From positions 558,001-622,000 of the forward strand of contig CATNEN010000028.1 of NCBI GenBank assembly GCA_950097015.1: DNA of 64,000 nt. The letters are read 5' to 3'. The position numbers and the translations under genes are program-made. The stretch comes from Macrostomum hystrix (lineage: Eukaryota; Animalia; Platyhelminthes). Positions 58,850-64,000 of this stretch are shown here, piece after piece. Positions within the stretch are counted from its first letter, which is position 1. Each line of letters starts with the position of its first letter. The notes under the pieces were generated by a model. It saw only the letters and a program-made list of their open reading frames with translations. It did no database searches and had not been told where the DNA came from.

Positions 58850-59348
58850 GTTGCTACGACTATGCTAGCCAAGATTCCATCTACGATTCCATCTACGATT
58901 CCATCTACGATTCCATCTACGATTCCATCTACGATTCCATCTACGATTCCATCTACGATTCCATCTACGATTCCATCTACGATTCCATCTACGATTCCAT
59001 CTACGATTCCATCTACGATTCCATCTACGATTCCATCTACGATTCCATCTACGATTCCAGCTGCAATTCTAGATAGGATTCCAGTTGCGATTCTAGATAC
59101 GATTCCAGTTGCGATTCTAGATACTATTCCAGCTGCGATTCTAGATACGATTCCAGCTGCGATTCTAGATACGATACCAGCTGCGATTCTAGATACTATT
59201 CCAGCTGCGATTCTAGATACTATTCCAGCTGCGATTCTAGATACTATTCCAGCTGCGATTCTAGATACTATTCCAGCTGCGATTCTAGATACTATTCCAG
59301 CTGCGATTCTAGATGCAATACCAGCTGCGATTCTAGATACTATTCCAG
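58850..59348 (+). repeat. 12-bp-based satellite family C, locus 3 (CCATCTACGATT array, then a 24-bp unit)
   Basis: A pure 12-mer run followed by CCAGCTGCGATTCTAGATACTATT. Confidence 0.95.
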
Positions 59349-60589
59349 AAAAATAAATAATTTCCACTCACAAATCGCAAGTAGTTTCAGCTGACACCGA
59401 TTCAGATTTTTTCTCTTCAGAAAATCTGTTTTTTTCTAAATGTGTGAGTTAAAGATAAATGGCAACTTCAGTAGTCTTAATCTAACATGTGACCAGGAAA
59501 GCTGTTAAAAGAGAATGATGAAATGGCATTATTCAACTGTGTTCTAATTGTATAATATTTTGCCGGTCCGCGGTCCGTAGTTATTGTGTATAGAGAATCA
59601 AAGGAGAGAAGGAATTGCTGCCGTCTGCTGCCCCTCTCTTACCTGAATTCTATTTTTATATATTTTATTGTTATTCGCGGTCATAGCGAAAAGCATTGGT
59701 TGGCGTAACAAATTGTGTACATTCTGTGCGACTCCCCCCTCCTCTTCTTTGGAAGGAACGAACGAACATTAGGCGTTGGAGAGAGGTCCTTTCACAGCTA
59801 GGCAACTATTTGGAGTGTCCAAGTGGGGCGAGAATATAGCGGAGAGAAAGAGAGAGACAGACAGACGGACAAAATGTTCAGCTAAGAATTTGCGCGATTA
59901 TGGCAGAATTTTTCTCACAATTAAAATTAGTGAATAAGAAGTGTTTGCGCTAAACAAAATCGGGTCTCCTCATGAGTCGCATTCAGTTTAGCATTTGGTT
60001 GAGTGACTGTCCTGTGTAGCTAATCTGCCGCAAACAGGTTTCTTGCTTTTCTGTCTGCTTTAGTTTGTTTTCATTCTGTCCTTTTTTCTACGCCAAACCT
60101 AGAATTTACTTGGCAAGGTGGCAGATAAAGACAAATTTGTTTTGAGTGTCTTAGTCTGGCCTGTAACCCTCAGAGTGAGGTCACAGCTTGCTTGTTGAGC
60201 ACATGAGTTTATGTGCCTTTTACAGTATTGATCTAGGGGCCAAAGAGCAAGATTATGTACGACCTCTTCCTAGTTTGTGTTTGTTGCATTGGTCTTTTGG
60301 CTCTTCTAGAAAATCTTGGAACTGAGGCCCTCTTATCTTAGAACGGAATCCTGGCTGTTGTTAACAACTTCGTTTTGTTCTTAGCTTAAACTAAACAGAC
60401 AAGTGACCGCAATTATTTTTTCAGCCAGAGATTGACAAATTGCAAACGGCGCAACAATTAAGTAAAGAGGTACATGTAGCTAATCAGCTAGAGAAAGACG
60501 ATGACACCTATTCGCAAAATAATCAGAAAGTCGGGAGAGAGAGGCATCTGTAACCGGATCTCAGAAGCATCTCAGGGTGAGAGAGATAG

Positions 60590-61535
60590 AGAGAGAATAC
60601 ATCTGCAACCAATCAGAGATCGCTAGATGGGTTAGATAGAGAAACACCTGCAACCAACCAGAGAGTGATAGACGGGTAAGAGAGAGAAACATCTGCAACC
60701 AACCAGAGAGTGATAGACGGGTAAGAGAGAGAAACATCTGCAACCAACCAGAGAGTGATGGACGGGTAAGAGAGAGAAACACCTGCAACCAACCAGAGAG
60801 TGATGGACGGGTAAGAGAGAGAAACATCTGCAACCAACCAGAGAGTGATAGACGGGTAAGAGAGAGAAACACCTGCAACCAACCAGAGAGTGATGGACGG
60901 GTAAGAGAGAGAAACATCTGCAACCAATCAGAGAGTGATAGACGACGGGTAAGAGAGAGAAACATCTGCAACCGATCAGAGAGTGATAGACGGGTAAGAG
61001 AGAGAAACATCTGCAACCGATCAGAGAGTGATAGACGAGTAAGAGAGAGAAACATCTGCAACCAATCAGAGAGTGATAGACGACGGGTAAGAGAGAGAAA
61101 CATCTGCAACCAATCAGAGAGTGATGGACGACGGGTAAGAGAGAGAAACATCTGCAACCAACCAGAGAGTGATGGACGGGTAAGAGAGAGAAACATCTGC
61201 AACCAATCAGAGAGTGATGGACGGGTAAGAGAGAGAAACATCTGCAACCAATCAGAGAGTGATGGACGGGTAAGAGAGAGAAACATCTGCAACCAATCAG
61301 AGAGTGATGGACGGGTAAGAGAGAGAAACATCTGCAACCAATCAGAGAGTGATGGACGGGTAAGAGAGAGAAACATCTGCAACCAATCAGAGAGTGATGG
61401 ACGGGTAAGAGAGAGAAACATCTGCAACCAATCAGAGAGTGATGGACGGGTAAGAGAGAGAAACATCTGCAACCAATCAGAGAGTGATGGACGGGTAAGA
61501 GAGAGAAACATCTGCAACCAACCAGAGAGTGATTG
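60590..61535. repeat. 45-bp minisatellite (GAGAGAAACATCTGCAACCAATCAGAGAGTGATGGACGGGTAAGA)
   Basis: AACCAATCAG recurs at 61201 and 61246. Confidence 0.95.
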
Positions 61536-63135
61536 AAAGAAGAAGAGTCAGCAGGTAGAAATAAGCTGTGCCCGAATTAGTCTGTCATTTTGTTTACCTT
61601 CCCTTATTTTCCTTCAAAATTTTCTCTTCAACTAGTATGTCATATTTGCAGATGCAAGGCAAAACTAGCAGAAATAAGAAGTCGTTCAGCCGTATGGAGG
61701 AAACTGCGTCAATTGTTCCTAAGACTAAATGCGTTGAAGCAAGCGCAGCAACTCGTAAATTCTGCCAGCATCTAGTTTTATAATAAGCCTAGTCCCATAG
61801 CCCCCAGCCTTCATAAAAAAAGCATATTTTACGGCGAAGAGTCTGCATGGAGCCATATTCTGACCCCACTGACAGTGTGTGTGGATGCTAGCGTAGGCCC
61901 CGATGTACTTTTAAGCAAGGATCTGACGCAGGGCTCCCAATAAGCACGCCTCGTTTTTATAGGTTAGACCGCATTCTGGAATCTAGTGTCCGGCCGAATC
62001 TGCTGATGAAATACGAAATGTACTTTTTGCTGCAGTCCAAAACTTTCGCTCTGTCTCTCTCTCACCCTCTTTTTTCGGTCGTCAAAATACCTCGGAAACT
62101 TTATCGAAGCTGGAATGCACTTCTCTGCCACTGCATTAACCACAAAAGCAACGACCGCAGTCAGCTTTTGGGAAGCTATTGTTGTGTTTATAGGAGCTTA
62201 GCGTCTGATACCTGCTTAAAAGTACATCAGGGCCTTCACTAAATGATGAAAACTGATAGAAAATGAGTTTGCCATTGTTTAGTATTAACAACTAGTTGAT
62301 TTACGTAAACAAACGGGGCTTATCAATAGATAGTGGGCTAAATCTTCTACGAGCTACTTTTAACAGTAGTGAGCGAAAATAATTGCAGAAATTAATTTGT
62401 TAAACAAACTGTGTTTATCCATTTGGGTACCAAATTTGGGTACCAAAATCTTCAACGCGTGTCTGGCGTCTGTACTTTTTCTATCCGCACGAAACTCCCC
62501 GTTTTCATGCTCCACTGACACCGGAGTAGATCCTAGATTTCTGGACGACTTACATGGTATAATGCAGTCATTCAGGCCTTCAGCATTCCACATCCTCAAC
62601 TCCTTGTCATTCCTCTCTCGTTCCACTAAGTCTGCAGTAGCCTCATCGGGTGCCCACCCACCCTCCCGCGGCTTCATTCTCTGTTGACTTACATCGACCA
62701 GGTACTATTGAGGCTTGCTGCTCAGCATGAAACCCCTCAAAGCCTTCAATATTAATTACCGCCTACACACTTTTTCTGTTTATTTTAAGATGAAATTCTT
62801 CATAATTATCTTCTTCATCAACAAAAAAGCGCGCCAACGCAAGCCTCTAGTGAGCGTGTGCTTGTGTACTCAGAACTCAAGCTTCGAGTTGACTTTTCCC
62901 ATGCTAAAAAAATGGCGCTTTTTTCTTATACGAACCGAATTGTCTTCAACAGTGTGTAAACACGTCAGGGGTTAAACCTATCAATCATTTTTATAGGCAA
63001 AATATTGCATGCAGTGTGACATATCTTGAAGTGACGATGGGTTGAAAGCTAGTTTAGCGGACCATATCATGGATAATGATGTTTTTATACAATTATAGTA
63101 AAAAAAAGAATAATTTTGCAGGATGGTCGTGGGCT

Positions 63136-63300
63136 GTGGCACACCATTGTGTGACGGTAGACCGCAGCCATTGAGGAGGCAATTCTGCTGAATCCTGAGC
63201 ACACAGATACCGTACGCAGGCACACACTCACACAGGTGTGTACATCTGCCCTGACTTTCTCATCGTCAGGCATTGTACACTCTCACTGTGCTTCGGGGGT
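63136..63300 (+). repeat. Dispersed repeat family A, copy 2
   Basis: Aligned by eye to 27938-28135. Confidence 0.85.
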
Positions 63301-64000
63301 TGAACCCTTGGAAATGGAGAAAAGTTAAGCAAACAATGCAATAAAAAAGTTTGATTGCCAAACAATTTATTAAATTCCTTGTCAGATTTTAACGCAATCT
63401 AAAATTCTTCCTCACCTAGTGTACAAGTGCAACAGCTAAAAGATCAGATCCAGAAATCGTCTGGGCAGTAGATAAGACAGTGACTGGGCCCGGACTGGCA
63501 GCTCTGGACAGAAAGTCAATCATTTTTTCTGCTTATTTTTCACCCGAATTCTATCGGTGCTATTGTGCTTTGAAACAGGTGGTCGTAAAATTAAACTAAA
63601 CGAATGTTATTAGATAGTGAGCTCTAGCGACAGCTGTGACAAATGATAAGTAGCACAAGCGACAGCGGACAGGCAGGCAAAGAGAAAAAACGGTCCAAAA
63701 GCAGCGTTGCCAGCAGAGACACGACGGGTGGCGCCCCCTCCTACCAGTGCTGCGCGCCCGTCTGTAAGGAGTGAGACGACCGGAGAGGAAGAGAGAACAG
63801 AGTGTGAGAGAGGCAGAGACACATGCAGACAGCTTGGAGAAGCTAGCACGGGGCAGAGGTATAGTTAGAGCGGGTTGTCGGCTAAGAGAGACTTTACAGA
63901 GGCCCTGCTCCAAGAGCCAACCTCTACGCAGAGGCTGGCTAAAATCCAGAATCCGCAGCCATCGCCAGACAGTGTAAACCAACCGACCTTTCTAAGGCCA

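Noticed and set aside
52160-59348. Composite transposon bounded by inverted satellite arrays and carrying PPP1R3
   Set aside because: The variant order is not mirror-symmetric, the left array lies in an intron of an intact gene, and no target duplication was seen.
52076-61517. [23 protein letters not shown] and MFLSLTRPSLSDWLQ repeat proteins (antifreeze- or adhesive-like)
   Set aside because: Unit lengths are multiples of 3, so open frames are expected. There is no signal peptide or splice context, and the family recurs in both orientations.
61995-62030. Second hammerhead (CTGATGAAATACGAAATG)
   Set aside because: No stem II and no pairing for stems I and III. Other CTGATGA hits near 4710, 8345 and 22283 also lack the structure.

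Overview
Eukaryotic, animal-type genomic DNA: GT-AG introns, GC-rich exons with poly-Q/poly-A tracts, and introns filled with minisatellites. The organisation resembles a free-living flatworm such as Macrostomum (inference only). Genes supported by the sequence: two intronless tandem DEG/ENaC channels (1075-3096, 6160-8151); a 3-exon GAPR-1-like CAP protein (minus); a 5-exon claudin/PMP22-like tetraspan (minus); a probable beta-propeller protein; a tentative 4-exon unknown gene (minus); an intronless secreted GH3 beta-xylosidase/glucosidase; a 2-exon ANKRD63/34-like ankyrin protein; an 8-exon cAMP-receptor-like GPCR (minus); a 6-exon RTP-type 3CxxC zinc-finger protein; and an intronless PPP1R3-like CBM21 protein (minus). 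About 20 tandem arrays explain most long low-complexity ORFs in the track. Best leads: (1) a type I hammerhead ribozyme sitting between perfect Pol III A and B boxes with a T6 terminator (56131-56240, minus); (2) a near-identical 309-bp tract covering the TM2/pore of the two otherwise diverged ENaC paralogs; (3) a LINE 3' end with a 13-bp target-site duplication inside a foldback-like inverted satellite pair; (4) a tRNA-Leu 3' end carrying CCA. No rRNA, CRISPR array or intact tRNA was seen. All exon models were read by hand from splice motifs and reading-frame phase and were not checked against RNA data.
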